A DNA stretch of 47,574 nt from an uncultured Acidobacteriota bacterium (GTDB taxonomy: Bacteria > Acidobacteriota > Blastocatellia > RBC074): contig CAIKMY010000220.1 of NCBI GenBank assembly GCA_903828635.1, positions 1-47,574 of the forward strand, written 5' to 3'. Every line of letters begins with the position of its first letter. Within the stretch, counting starts at the first letter, position 1. The notes beneath the pieces are model-generated. The model ran no database searches. It saw only the letters and a program-made list of their open reading frames with translations, and was not told where the DNA came from. The translations under genes and the position numbers were made by a program. Below are positions 9,632 through 21,143 of this stretch, in pieces.

Positions 9632-10861
9632 TCATCGGGATCTGTCGCCCGGATATCGACGCAGGATCTCGTCGAGAATGCGATCAGCCATCGCACGCTT
9701 GCTTTGCAGCGGCAGATCGACACGGGAACCATCACTGCCCATCAGTGTCGCCGCGTTGGTCTCAACATCAAAGCCCGCTCCCGGTGCTGTAATATCATTG
9801 GCCACGATCATATCGAGCCCCTTCTCGGACAGCTTCTTGCCGGCATACTCGATCACTGACCGGGACTCAGCGGCAAAGCCGACAACAAAGCGTCCCTCGC
9901 GTCCCGGAGCGGCGGCGACCGATCCGATGATATCCTCGGTTGTTTCAAACTCGATCGTCAGGTGCTGCCGGCCGAGCTTCTTGATCTTCTCACCGGATCG
10001 CATCACCGGGCGAAAGTCGGCAACCGCCGCCGCTCCAATAAAGACTGTTCCCGCTTCCAACCGCGACATCACTGCCTCGTACATCTCGCGAGTCGAGCGC
10101 ACCCGAACCACTTCCGGCACGCCATTCGCACCGCGCGGAGGATCGATCGTCACCGGCCCTGAGACGAGCGTCACTCGCGCGCCACGATCGCACGCAGCCG
10201 ATGCCAGCGCATAGCCCATGCGCCCCGAAGACCGATTGGTCAGAAACCTTGCCGGATCGAGATCTTCGACCGTTGGCCCCGCCGTGATCAGCAGGTGCAG
10301 CCCACGGAGATCGACGACCCGATCATCTGCTTCTCTCAGCAACGCCAGCGCCCGTCCGACAATCTCTTCCGGCTCTGCCAGCCGCCCGACTCCAACCTCA
10401 CCACAGGCCTGATAGCCGCTGCCAGGCTCGACAAATCGGTCTCCCCGTTCCCGCAGCCGCCGCAAATTCTCCTGCGTCGCCGGATGGTTCCACATCTCGA
10501 CATTCATCGCCGGTGCGATCAGAACCGGGTTGGTGTTCGATAAATAGACCGTCGAGAGAAAGTCGTCGGCAATCCCATGCGCAAACTTTGCCAGCAGATT
10601 GGCCGTCGCCGGCGCAATCAGCAGCAGACGCGCCTCTCTCGCCAATGCAATATGCTCGATCGTCGCGTAGTCGGGACGATCGTACATCCCGACAACCACC
10701 GGCTTGCCTGAGAGGGCCTCGAAGGTCAACGGGCGCACAAACTCCGCGGCACTGCTCGTCATTGCCACGCGCACCGATAATCCGGCGCGCTGCAAGCCAC
10801 GCAGCACCTCCGCCGCCTTGTAGGCCCCAATACAGCCGGCAACCCCGAGCAGAACACTCAT
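9632..10861 (-). CDS. coaBC: Bifunctional phosphopantothenoylcysteine decarboxylase / phosphopantothenate-cysteine ligase
   Basis: ORF 9632..10894. Start moved to ATG 10861 (MSVLLGVAGCIGAYKA, flavoprotein N-terminus), 4 nt after the rpoZ stop. CoaB-type C-terminal half follows (ITAGPT...RFLTNRSSG). Confidence 0.9.
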   Translation of the reverse strand: MSVLLGVAGCIGAYKAAEVLRGLQRAGLSVRVAMTSSAAEFVRPLTFEALSGKPVVVGMYDRPDYATIEHIALAREARLLLIAPATANLLAKFAHGIADDFLSTVYLSNTNPVLIAPAMNVEMWNHPATQENLRRLRERGDRFVEPGSGYQACGEVGVGRLAEPEEIVGRALALLREADDRVVDLRGLHLLITAGPTVEDLDPARFLTNRSSGRMGYALASAACDRGARVTLVSGPVTIDPPRGANGVPEVVRVRSTREMYEAVMSRLEAGTVFIGAAAVADFRPVMRSGEKIKKLGRQHLTIEFETTEDIIGSVAAAPGREGRFVVGFAAESRSVIEYAGKKLSEKGLDMIVANDITAPGAGFDVETNAATLMGSDGSRVDLPLQSKRAMADRILDEILRRYPGDRSR

Positions 10862-10865
10862 CGAC

Positions 10866-11075
10866 TTACCCGTCAGCCCGCTCGCCAACCTCAAAGCTGA
10901 TCAGCCCGCGGTCGATCTCTTCCAGCGCAATGCGAGTCGACTTGGCATTAGGCATGGTCACACGCGGTCGCGCCCCCTTCTGAAGCTGCTTGCTCCGCTT
11001 GGCGGCAATGATGATCTTCCGATACTTGCTGTCGATCTTGTTTGGCTGCTGCCCTTTATCCTGCTGCTTGTCCAT
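10866..11075 (-). CDS. rpoZ: DNA-directed RNA polymerase subunit omega
   Basis: 69 aa with KYRKIIIAAKRSKQLQKGARP. Sits in the conserved gmk-rpoZ-coaBC context. Confidence 0.8.
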   Translation of the reverse strand: MDKQQDKGQQPNKIDSKYRKIIIAAKRSKQLQKGARPRVTMPNAKSTRIALEEIDRGLISFEVGERADG

Positions 11076-11107
11076 TCCTGCTGCCCTCCTCTGTCAAATG
11101 TCATTGG

Positions 11108-11773
11108 TTACGTCGTTAATTTGCTGTACGAACGCGAGGCGTCCGCAAAAGTCTGAAGAATCTGCTCGGCGACAACTGAGCGCCGCTCACGGCGACACCG
11201 CGATGAATGAATGATCGCCGCAAGGTCGTCGACCGCCTCGTCAAGCCTGTCATTGATGATCAGGTAATCGAATCGGGAATACATTGCCACCTCGACGGTG
11301 GCATTGCTCATTCTTACTTTCAGATCGCCGGGATCGATCTCGCCGCGACAGGTGATGCGCTCAATCAGTGTGCCAAACGATGGCGGCAGAATGAAGACGC
11401 TGACCGCCTCGGGAAAGAAGCGGCGTACCTGCTCTTCGCCCTGGACATCGATGGTCAGAACGACATCGAAGCCGGCAGCGCAGAGATCGACTATCGGCTG
11501 GCGACCAGTGCCATAGTAGTTGCCATGAACCAGCGCCCATTCCAGCAACTCGCCGGCATCGATCAGTTCCCTGAATCGCTCGCAGGAAACAAAATGGTAG
11601 TCGCGGCCATCCACCTCTCCCCCGCGAGGAGGGCGCGAAGTGTAGGAGATCGACGGGCGAAGCCGCGGATCCCGGCGCAAAACCTCGGTGACCAGTGTCG
11701 TCTTTCCTGCGGCTGACGGCGCCGAGACGATTATCAGATTGCCAGTTGTCGCGTTATTCAACTTATTCAACAT
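11108..11773 (-). CDS. gmk: Guanylate kinase
   Basis: ORF 11108..11830. Start moved to ATG 11773 (MLNKLNN...), 11 nt overlap with the yicC stop. P-loop SAPSAAGKTTL and the YHFVS..F block are present. Confidence 0.9.
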   Translation of the reverse strand: MLNKLNNATTGNLIIVSAPSAAGKTTLVTEVLRRDPRLRPSISYTSRPPRGGEVDGRDYHFVSCERFRELIDAGELLEWALVHGNYYGTGRQPIVDLCAAGFDVVLTIDVQGEEQVRRFFPEAVSVFILPPSFGTLIERITCRGEIDPGDLKVRMSNATVEVAMYSRFDYLIINDRLDEAVDDLAAIIHSSRCRRERRSVVAEQILQTFADASRSYSKLTT

Positions 11774-12635
11774 TCTGCGCCTGCTCGCGAAGCTTCTCGA
11801 CCTCGGTCTTGATGTCGATCGCCGCGTCACAGATGCTCAGTTCGGCCGACTTCGAAAGGATAGTATTGGCCTCGCGATTGACCTCCTGCAAGAGGAAATC
11901 GAGCTTTTTGCCAATCTCATTACTCCCGGCAAGCAGGTCGCGAAGCTGGCCAAGGTGGCTGCGCAGCCGGGCAATCTCCTCGGTGATATCACTGCGCTCG
12001 GCAAGGTAGGCCACTTCCTGAGCCAGCCGTGACTCATCGATGGTCGCCTTCCCCACCAACTCGCCGATTCTTTTGAGGAGCTTCTCGCGATAGGCGTCGA
12101 CCAGGCCCGACTCGTTCGCCTCGATGGTGGCGAGTGCCTTTTCGATCCGTCCAACCCGGGCGATCATCTCTTTTTGAAGCTCGTGCCCTTCGACGGCACG
12201 CATGGCAACCAGTGCCGTCAATGCCTGCGTCAGCGCCTCCTCGATCCCGCGAACCACCTCGTCACCAAGGGACGGACCGGTCGTCGCCAGGAGGAGATTG
12301 GGCAGTCGCGCCAGCGTCGCCAGATCCGGTTCGCCCGCCAGCCCAAACTCATCGCGCATCGCCCGCAATGCCCCGAGATAGCCCTCGATTAGCGATCGAT
12401 TGAGCTGATAGCTGACCGGCATCATCTGCGAGAAGCCAATGTTGACATCGACCCGACCGCGCGCAATTGCCGCTTGTATCTGCTTCTTCAGCGGTATTTC
12501 CAGCGAGGCCAGCTCAACCGGCGCCCGCCAGTGTATATCAAGATTGCGATTGTTGACCGTGCGCAAATCGATCGTCACGCTGAAGGTCTCACCACTCGCT
12601 GCTCCCTGTCCGTACCCGGTCATGCTCCTGAGCAT
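11763..12635 (-). CDS. yicC: YicC-family stress-induced protein
   Basis: ORF 11763..12671. Start moved to ATG 12635, giving the family-typical MLRSMTGYGQG N-terminus. The C-terminal block EVNREANTILSKS is present. Confidence 0.85.
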   Translation of the reverse strand: MLRSMTGYGQGAASGETFSVTIDLRTVNNRNLDIHWRAPVELASLEIPLKKQIQAAIARGRVDVNIGFSQMMPVSYQLNRSLIEGYLGALRAMRDEFGLAGEPDLATLARLPNLLLATTGPSLGDEVVRGIEEALTQALTALVAMRAVEGHELQKEMIARVGRIEKALATIEANESGLVDAYREKLLKRIGELVGKATIDESRLAQEVAYLAERSDITEEIARLRSHLGQLRDLLAGSNEIGKKLDFLLQEVNREANTILSKSAELSICDAAIDIKTEVEKLREQAQNVE

Positions 12636-12673
12636 CTCTCTTCTCCCTGTCCTTGCGTCTGTGCTGTTCACTA

Positions 12674-14503
<1,830 letters not shown>

Positions 14504-14622
14504 GTCCCCCCTGCTACCAGGCTGCACTCCCGGAAATCCGCCAGTCAACAACCGGTCACCCGTACAGCCCTCTTTGACTTTCAGTCAAAAAAAGAATAAT
14601 TATAGTCGCCTGTTAAATTTAG

Positions 14623-14862
<240 letters not shown>

Positions 14863-14901
14863 TCAACAGAGAAATAATCAACAAAGATTGATGAGGTGAT
14901 C

Positions 14902-16368
14902 ATGATGGCTGAGCCGATACTGATTGCGAAGGATCAGGAAGAGATTTATCTGCTGCCACGAATGGCCAACCGGCACGGACTGATTGCCGGAGCGACGGGC
15001 ACGGGAAAGAGTGTCACGTTGCGGGTCATGGCCGAAAACTTCAGCAAGCTCGGCGTCCCGGTTTTCATGGCGGACGTCAAGGGTGACCTTGCCGGGATCT
15101 GCATGGCTGGAAGCGAGAACCCGAAGATCACGGAGCGGGCGCAGCGCTTCGGCCTGACCGGTTTCAGCTTCAAGTCTTTTCCGGTTCTCTTCTGGGATGT
15201 CTTTGGCGAGCAGGGCCATCCGCTGCGAACGACAATCTCAGAGATCGGACCGTTGCTCCTCAGTCGCATCCTCAACCTCAACGATACCCAGGGTGGTGTG
15301 CTGACGCTGGTCTTCAAGGTGGCCGACGACCGCGGGTGGCTGCTGCTCGACCTTAAGGATCTGCGGACGATGCTGCAATATGTCGCCGATAACGCCAGGT
15401 CGCTGATGACCGAATATGGCAATGTCTCAGCGGCAAGCGTCGGAGCCATCCAGCGCCGCCTGCTCGAACTCGACCAGCAGGGTGGCGAGAAATTCTTTGG
15501 TGAACCGGCGCTCAACCTTGAAGACATGATGCAGACCGACGAGTCGGGCCACGGCTACATCAATATCCTTGCTGCCGATAAGCTGATGCAGTCGCCAAAA
15601 CTATACGCGACATTCCTTCTCTGGATGCTGGCCGAGCTTTACGAGAACCTGCCCGAAGTCGGGGACCTCGACCAACCGAAGATGGTCTTCTTCTTCGACG
15701 AAGCGCACCTCCTCTTCGATGACGCGCCCGAGGCGCTGATGCAGAAGGTCGAGCAGGTAGTGCGTCTGATTCGCTCAAAGGGGGTCGGCGTCTACTTCGT
15801 CAGCCAGAACCCGCTTGACATCCCCGATGTCGTGCTTGGTCAGCTTGGCAATCGCGTGCAGCACGCCCTGCGCGCCTTCACTCCACGCGATCAGAAGGCG
15901 GTCAGAGCGGCAGCCACCACCTTCCGACAGAATCCGGCAGTCGATGTCGAAGCGGCGATCACTGAACTTGGTGTCGGCGAGGCTCTCGTCTCGATGCTCG
16001 ATGAAAAGGGGACTCCCGGCATCGTTCGCCGCGCCCTGATTGCTCCTCCGCACAGCCGCCTCGGGGCAATCACTCCCACTGAACGTGCCGCCGCCCTGCA
16101 ATCATCCCTGATCAGCGGTCATTACGAGCGGCAGGTCGACCGTGAATCGGCCTATGAGGTCCTCAGGGAAAGGGCGCAGCAGGCTCCTCCTCCTCCGCCA
16201 TCAGGCTCACGCACGAAGGTGCAGCCGGACGTCGGATCAGAGGTGATGGATGTCGCTGGCGATGTGCTTGGCGCCTTTGCCAAAAGCGCCGCACGATCGA
16301 TCGGGACCTCTCTCGGCCGACAGGTCATTCGTGGCGTCCTCGGATCGCTCTTTGGCGGAAGAAGGTAG
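14902..16368 (+). CDS. HerA-like / DUF853 (YjgR-type) P-loop ATPase
   Basis: ORF 14896..16368, which starts at GTG. ATG 14902 is preceded by GAGG. Walker A GATGTGKS, Walker [12 protein letters not shown]. Pro/Gly-rich C-terminal tail. Confidence 0.8.
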   Translation: MMAEPILIAKDQEEIYLLPRMANRHGLIAGATGTGKSVTLRVMAENFSKLGVPVFMADVKGDLAGICMAGSENPKITERAQRFGLTGFSFKSFPVLFWDVFGEQGHPLRTTISEIGPLLLSRILNLNDTQGGVLTLVFKVADDRGWLLLDLKDLRTMLQYVADNARSLMTEYGNVSAASVGAIQRRLLELDQQGGEKFFGEPALNLEDMMQTDESGHGYINILAADKLMQSPKLYATFLLWMLAELYENLPEVGDLDQPKMVFFFDEAHLLFDDAPEALMQKVEQVVRLIRSKGVGVYFVSQNPLDIPDVVLGQLGNRVQHALRAFTPRDQKAVRAAATTFRQNPAVDVEAAITELGVGEALVSMLDEKGTPGIVRRALIAPPHSRLGAITPTERAAALQSSLISGHYERQVDRESAYEVLRERAQQAPPPPPSGSRTKVQPDVGSEVMDVAGDVLGAFAKSAARSIGTSLGRQVIRGVLGSLFGGRR

Positions 16369-16372
16369 CAGC

Positions 16373-16444
16373 TACCTGAGACATCGCACCTGAGACATCT
16401 CACCTGAGACATCTCACCTGAGACATCTCACCTGAGACATCTCA
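16373..16444. repeat. Tandem repeat, 14-bp unit CACCTGAGACATCT, about 5 copies
   Basis: Four perfect copies at 16387-16442, one imperfect leading copy (tACCTGAGACATCg) and 2 nt of a further copy. Begins 5 nt after the TAG stop of the HerA-like gene. The unit length is not a multiple of 3. Confidence 0.95.
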
Positions 16445-16454
16445 GATGATAATC

Positions 16455-16520
16455 AAAACAGATTCGCCTCACGCAGGGAAAGCTGGCTGTTTTCCTCTCT
16501 GTGTGAGGCGAATCTGTTTT
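16455..16520. terminator. Long hairpin between convergent genes, probable bidirectional terminator
   Basis: AAAACAGATTCGCCTCAC (16455-16472) is the perfect reverse complement of GTGAGGCGAATCTGTTTT (16503-16520). The 30-nt loop has further internal GGAAA/TTTCC pairing. A/T runs flank both sides, and CTTTTTT follows at 16527-16533. Confidence 0.6.
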
Positions 16521-16545
16521 GACTCGCTTTTTTGACTCGATGGAT

Positions 16546-17883
16546 CTACGCCAGCTTCCAGGGCTCACGATACCCCCGGGTGACCAGTTTCTGTGCCTCG
16601 GGATCACCGATAACCTGTTCGCGCTCGACATCCCATCTGACGCGGCGTCCAACACGGAAGGCGATGTTGGCCAGATGGCAGGTGATCATCGAGTTATGAC
16701 CGATCTCAACATCCGAGCGCGGGTTCTGGCGTGAGTCCATGCATTCGAGGAAATTGCGCACGTGGGCAAGATGGGACTCTTCCCCCCTTGGGCCGCGGCG
16801 TGGCTCGCCGGCCATGCGGTAGCTCTTGCGCTGTTTGACGGTCTCGGTCTCGGGATAGACCTCCCAGCCTCCGCGATCAACGACGAGGACGCCGTTATTG
16901 CCGTGAAAAGCAACGCCGTGATCACGGTCATAGGGGCCTTTGCCGATGGAGGTGGCATGCTCCCAGATCATGCTGAAGCCATCGTATTCGAGCAGTGCCT
17001 GCTGGGTATCGGGTGTCTCCTCGGCATCCTCGGGAAAGCCGAACTTCCCGCCGACCGACATGGCGGCCAGGGGTGCCTTGACATTCATCCCCCAGTTGGC
17101 AATGTCGATCATGTGAGCGCCCCAGTCGGTCATCAGGCCACCGGAGTAGTCCCAGTACCAGCGAAAATTGAAATGGAAGCGATTGCGATTGAATGGACGC
17201 TTCGGGGCCGGCCCGAGCCAGAGGTCATAGTCGATGCCGGCTGGCACCGGTTCATCGGGAACGACCGGGATATTACCCATCCAGTCCTGGTAAGCCCATG
17301 CTTTGACCAGCCGGATTTTCCCGAGCTTGCCGCTGCGGACATACTCGACGGCATCGAGAAACTGCGAGCCACTGCGCTGCTGAGTCCCCATTTGCACGAC
17401 GCGGCGGTGGCGACGTGCGGTATCGACCATGATTCGCCCCTCACCGATCGAGAGGGAGAGCGGCTTCTCGACATAGACATCCTTGCCCGCCTGACAGGCC
17501 ATGATTGTCGGCAGAGCGTGCCAGTGATCGGGGGTGGCGACGATGACAGCGTCGATTTCAGGATGTTCAATGACGCGACGGAAATCGCGCGTCAGCAGGG
17601 TTGGTTTCTGATTAAAGCCCTGGTCGATGAGCTTCTGCACCCTGGCGACCTGGCTGTCATCGACATCGCAGAGGGCGACGCACTCGACATTGCCGACGCG
17701 CAACATGTCGCGAAGATCGCCTGTGCCCATGCCACCGCAGCCGATCAGCCCGACGCGAATGCGCCGATTGGCACCGGTGATGCGCTCACGAGAGGCGGCG
17801 GTCGTTGGTGGAGTGATCAGTCCGGCAGAGGCAATGCCCGCCGCCGACTGGCCGAGAAACCTGCGACGCGATCGATCAGTCAT
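16546..17883 (-). CDS. Gfo/Idh/MocA-family oxidoreductase with a twin-arginine (Tat) signal peptide
   Basis: N-terminus MTDRSRRRFLGQSAAGIASAGL is a Tat motif. It is followed by the Rossmann segment VGLIGCGGMG and the EKP motif (VYVEKPLS). Confidence 0.85.
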   Translation of the reverse strand: MTDRSRRRFLGQSAAGIASAGLITPPTTAASRERITGANRRIRVGLIGCGGMGTGDLRDMLRVGNVECVALCDVDDSQVARVQKLIDQGFNQKPTLLTRDFRRVIEHPEIDAVIVATPDHWHALPTIMACQAGKDVYVEKPLSLSIGEGRIMVDTARRHRRVVQMGTQQRSGSQFLDAVEYVRSGKLGKIRLVKAWAYQDWMGNIPVVPDEPVPAGIDYDLWLGPAPKRPFNRNRFHFNFRWYWDYSGGLMTDWGAHMIDIANWGMNVKAPLAAMSVGGKFGFPEDAEETPDTQQALLEYDGFSMIWEHATSIGKGPYDRDHGVAFHGNNGVLVVDRGGWEVYPETETVKQRKSYRMAGEPRRGPRGEESHLAHVRNFLECMDSRQNPRSDVEIGHNSMITCHLANIAFRVGRRVRWDVEREQVIGDPEAQKLVTRGYREPWKLA

Positions 17884-17921
17884 CGATGGTCTCCTTCTGT
17901 TCTGATGATCCCGAAACGGGA

Positions 17922-18845
17922 TCAGAGTTTGAGTTCAGCCAGATCCTCAGCCGCGCTGGTCCCGGGAAAGACCTGGCGTGCCTCGGCGAGAAGTTGGCGG
18001 TAATCGGGATAACGGGAACTGAAATGAGTAATCAGCAGGCGCTTCACGGCGGCAATGCGTGCGACTTCAGCAGCCTGCGCCGCGGTTGAATGGCCGTAAA
18101 AATGGGACTCCTCATGATGATCCTCGGTGAAGGTCGCCTCGTGAACAAGGCAGTCCGCCTCATGGGCCAGCCTGACCCCATTGGCACAGGGGCGCGTGTC
18201 GAGACAGTAAGCGATCGAGAGACCACGGCGCGCCGGCCCGACCACTGCTGATGATTCGATCGTGCGCCCATCGTCGAGAACAACCGAGTGGCCCGCCTGT
18301 AATCGGGAATACTGCGGCCCGGCAGGGATACCGAGCTCGCGGGCACGCTCGACATCGAACCGCCCCGGCTTGTCCTTCTCGATCAATCGGTATCCGATCG
18401 CGAGGATGCGATGATCCAGCGGCAGGGCAACCACGCGATGATGGCTGGAGTCGAAGACCTCCAGTGGCTGCTGGCTGGTGAAATCGGCCGCAGAGTATTC
18501 ACGTATCGTCAGCGGATAACTGATATATGAAATCTTCAGCCGCTGTACCATCTCCAGATATTCACGAATGCCAACCGGCCCGGTAACCACCAGCGGCCGG
18601 CGCCTCTGGTCAAGCGACATTGTCGCCAGCAGGCCGGCAAGCCCGTTAAAATGGTCACCGTGGAGATGCGTGATAAAGATGGCCGCCAGCTTGTGCGAGG
18701 AGAGCCCGGCCCGCATCAACTGAATCTGTGCCGCCTCTCCACAATCAAAGAGCCACCACTCCCCATCACCAACCACGGCCAGCGAACTGACGTGACGATG
18801 GAGCGTCGGCCTTCCCGAACTGGTACCAAAGGGGATGATCTTCAA
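17922..18845 (-). CDS. rnz: Ribonuclease Z (metallo-beta-lactamase fold)
   Basis: ORF 17922..18980. The first 45 codons overlap the globin gene, so a TTG start at 18845 (LKIIPFGTSSG) is proposed. HLHGDH motif present. The exact start is uncertain. Confidence 0.75.
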   Translation of the reverse strand: MKIIPFGTSSGRPTLHRHVSSLAVVGDGEWWLFDCGEAAQIQLMRAGLSSHKLAAIFITHLHGDHFNGLAGLLATMSLDQRRRPLVVTGPVGIREYLEMVQRLKISYISYPLTIREYSAADFTSQQPLEVFDSSHHRVVALPLDHRILAIGYRLIEKDKPGRFDVERARELGIPAGPQYSRLQAGHSVVLDDGRTIESSAVVGPARRGLSIAYCLDTRPCANGVRLAHEADCLVHEATFTEDHHEESHFYGHSTAAQAAEVARIAAVKRLLITHFSSRYPDYRQLLAEARQVFPGTSAAEDLAELKL

Positions 18846-18859
18846 TCCGGCGCTTCCCT

Positions 18860-19246
18860 TCAACCTTCTTCCTTGTTGCGCATGAAATCGGCCAGACCAG
18901 CAAGAGCGTGCAACAGATGCTGGCGCAGCGGCCCATCCGTAACAAGTTCTTCCAGTGCCTGCCGCATGCAGAGCAGCCACTGATCCCGCTCGGACTCACC
19001 GATGGGAAACGGCAGATGGCGGGCGCGCAGGCGCGGATGGCCATAGCGCTGCACATAGAGCGGAGGCCCACCCATCCAGCCCACCAGAAAGAGGAAGAGC
19101 TTCTCTCGCGACCCGGAGAGATCCTCCGGATGGAGGGCGCGAATCCCTGCCGCCTCCGGTTTTGTCTCCATCAGATCGTAGAATCGATCAACGATCGCCC
19201 GGATCCGCTCCTCGCCACCAATTGCCTCAAAATGTGTCTGACTCAT
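18860..19246 (-). CDS. Group II truncated haemoglobin
   Basis: 128 aa with FEAIGGEERIRAIVDRFYDLM and YGHPRLRARHLPFPIG blocks typical of trHbO-type globins. Confidence 0.75.
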   Translation of the reverse strand: MSQTHFEAIGGEERIRAIVDRFYDLMETKPEAAGIRALHPEDLSGSREKLFLFLVGWMGGPPLYVQRYGHPRLRARHLPFPIGESERDQWLLCMRQALEELVTDGPLRQHLLHALAGLADFMRNKEEG

Positions 19247-19298
19247 TCGACAGGCTCTCTCCTCAATTCAACCTGGCGTCCCAATTCGGCGCCTAAAC

Positions 19299-19568
19299 TC
19301 AGCGACCCGCCAGAAAAGCGAAAAACATTATCCCAAGGGCAAGGAGCAGCAGCAACGGAACCAGCAACATCCCCGGCCCTTGCCCCGGAATGATCTGATG
19401 ATCACGCACATTATCCGGCGCAACTTCGGGCCTCTCTGTGGAATCCCCGCTGGCTTCGATCCCCGGGGGGGCTTCGAGGCTGGTTCCACATTTCCGACAG
19501 TAGAGGGCGGGTTCTCTCAACGGCTTCCCGCATCGCGGACAACTAAGGATTTCAGGGCTTTGATTCAT
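19299..19568 (-). CDS. Zinc-ribbon protein with a C-terminal transmembrane helix
   Basis: CPRCGKPL...CRKCG zinc-ribbon pairs and a hydrophobic tail LLVPLLLLLALGIMFFAFLAG. 4-nt overlap with the upstream TlpA-like gene. Confidence 0.5.
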   Translation of the reverse strand: MNQSPEILSCPRCGKPLREPALYCRKCGTSLEAPPGIEASGDSTERPEVAPDNVRDHQIIPGQGPGMLLVPLLLLLALGIMFFAFLAGR

Positions 19569-20860
19569 GGTGCACGCTCCGCCAGCAACCGGTCGACCAG
19601 CCGCTCAAAGCGGCGATAATCGCCAATCCCACGTCTGATGTACCTGATAATCCCCTTGCGGTCAATGACAACGACGGTTGGGAATCCGCTCGCCTCATAC
19701 TTCTCCTCGTTAGCAATGTCGTCCATTTTCGTGATGGCGATCGGGTAAGTGAGACGATGCCTGGCAAGGTAGTCGCGCAGTTCCTTGCGCTCCTCTTCCG
19801 GGTTGAGGTCTTCGGCGCGGTCCGAGCGGCCATACCAGCGAGTGACACCGATCAGTCGCAAGCCATGCTCTGCGTGGCGGGTGAGGAGGTTACGCCATGG
19901 GGCAAAGGCTGCCTGGCAGGGCTGACACCACATCGCCCAAAAATCGAGGATCACTACCCGCCCGGTCCATGAAGTCAGCGGTTGCGGCGGGCCGATCCAC
20001 TCCACTCCGATCAGATCCGCAGCATAACGTCCGACCAGTCGTGCGCGCTTCAGCTCCTCATCATAAAAGATCTTCGCCGGTGGGTTGTCAGCAAAATTAT
20101 ATCGCTCCATTATCTGCCGCATGCGGCGTGCTTCAGCCTGGCGATTGAGCCGCTCCGCGATTGACAGATGGAGGGCAGCGAGCAAAAGCTGGTTGCGTTG
20201 CACCGTCTCGCGGATGCTCTCGTCAATGCGCCGGTTTCGCAGCAGCTGTTCGGCAAGGTTGAAACCGGTCCAGGCTCGCTGCGCCGAGAGTTCAAGCATC
20301 TGGCGGTCACGCAGCGCGAAGGCGAGCAGCTTGAAAAGTTCGAGGCGGGCAATCGGAATCAGCAAGTCACGCCGTGCCGGTAAAAAGTCACGCTCGATCA
20401 GTTGCGACGCCTCCTGGAGCTGGTCATTCTCAATCAATACCGAGATGAGGCTCGAATCGACATCGACCCCCTCGACTCGCGCCTCCCCGGGGTTGAGTCG
20501 CCGCACCTCGCGGTAGGCATTGATCGCCTCGGGATAGCGCTCGGCAAGCTCACAGATCGCCGCCAAAGCCAGCAATTCGCTACTCTTTCCCTCGGGGATG
20601 GCAAGACCGGTGAGTGCCTGTCCCGCCTCCCGGATAATCTCCTGCTGTCGCGCCTCCCACTCATAGGGCTGCGCTTCGCCGCGGCGCACCTGCTGCTCGA
20701 AGCGTTCCTGCAGCCGCTCCTGGCGGCTGAGCAGCTCACGCAGCACCTGTGACGGTCTCTTTCCCTGCGCGTTGGCAGGTGACACCGCCAGCAGCGTTAC
20801 AAGAACGGCTGTCAGCCATCCTGCTATCCGTCTCGTCGTGCCTGACAAATTATCGGGCAT
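19565..20860 (-). CDS. TlpA-like thiol:disulfide oxidoreductase with an N-terminal helical (TPR-like) region and a signal peptide
   Basis: Signal-like N-terminus WLTAVLVTLLAVSPANAQ. Thioredoxin active site FWAMWCQPCQ in the C-terminal ~150 aa. Confidence 0.75.
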   Translation of the reverse strand: MPDNLSGTTRRIAGWLTAVLVTLLAVSPANAQGKRPSQVLRELLSRQERLQERFEQQVRRGEAQPYEWEARQQEIIREAGQALTGLAIPEGKSSELLALAAICELAERYPEAINAYREVRRLNPGEARVEGVDVDSSLISVLIENDQLQEASQLIERDFLPARRDLLIPIARLELFKLLAFALRDRQMLELSAQRAWTGFNLAEQLLRNRRIDESIRETVQRNQLLLAALHLSIAERLNRQAEARRMRQIMERYNFADNPPAKIFYDEELKRARLVGRYAADLIGVEWIGPPQPLTSWTGRVVILDFWAMWCQPCQAAFAPWRNLLTRHAEHGLRLIGVTRWYGRSDRAEDLNPEEERKELRDYLARHRLTYPIAITKMDDIANEEKYEASGFPTVVVIDRKGIIRYIRRGIGDYRRFERLVDRLLAERAP

Positions 20861-21143
20861 CCCTGATCTCCTGTTTTGTTTCTACATCGGAACAGCCAAT
20901 ATTGGAACTCGTCTCTGATTCGTGGCCATGCCATCGCACCATGTCGCCATGTTTCCTGTACCGATTTAGCGTCTTCTGAAATCGAAAGCTTTCAGACTGT
21001 GCATCTATTCCGGGTTCGCTGCCATTTTATCCTCCTCAGCCGCAAGTCGCCATCGTGCGCCGGGCTTTCAATTGGACAATGGACCGGACGGTGTAGTAAA
21101 AACATATGCTACAACCCAGCTTAGCTTAAAAGGAATCCGACAA

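Noticed and set aside
14902-16368. HerA-like ATPase as part of a defence system (HerA with Sir2, DUF4297 or NurA partners)
   Set aside because: No partner effector or nuclease gene is adjacent. The neighbours are a DUF5522-like protein and a convergent oxidoreductase. The protein matches the stand-alone DUF853/YjgR type.
16373-16444. Possible CRISPR array
   Set aside because: The 14-bp units are directly contiguous with no spacers, the unit is far shorter than CRISPR repeats, and no cas genes are present.
16762-18003. 413-aa + strand ORF, and similar long antisense ORFs (877-1629 -, 5058-5723 -, 9600-10214 +, 21126-21962 -, 11207-11716 +)
   Set aside because: Each lies opposite a confidently identified gene (Gfo/Idh/MocA, asnB, heparinase-like, coaBC, purQ, gmk). 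All have low-complexity Arg/Ala/Pro-rich translations and are GC-driven shadow frames.
20861-21143. Purine or ZTP riboswitch, or a purS gene, upstream of purQ
   Set aside because: I could not find the conserved cores of the purine aptamer or of the ZTP (pfl) motif in the 283-bp leader. The 82-aa ORF 20876-21124 does not resemble PurS. purS is presumably elsewhere. Only a small hairpin (TCTGAAA-N8-TTTCAGA, ~20977-20998) is visible.
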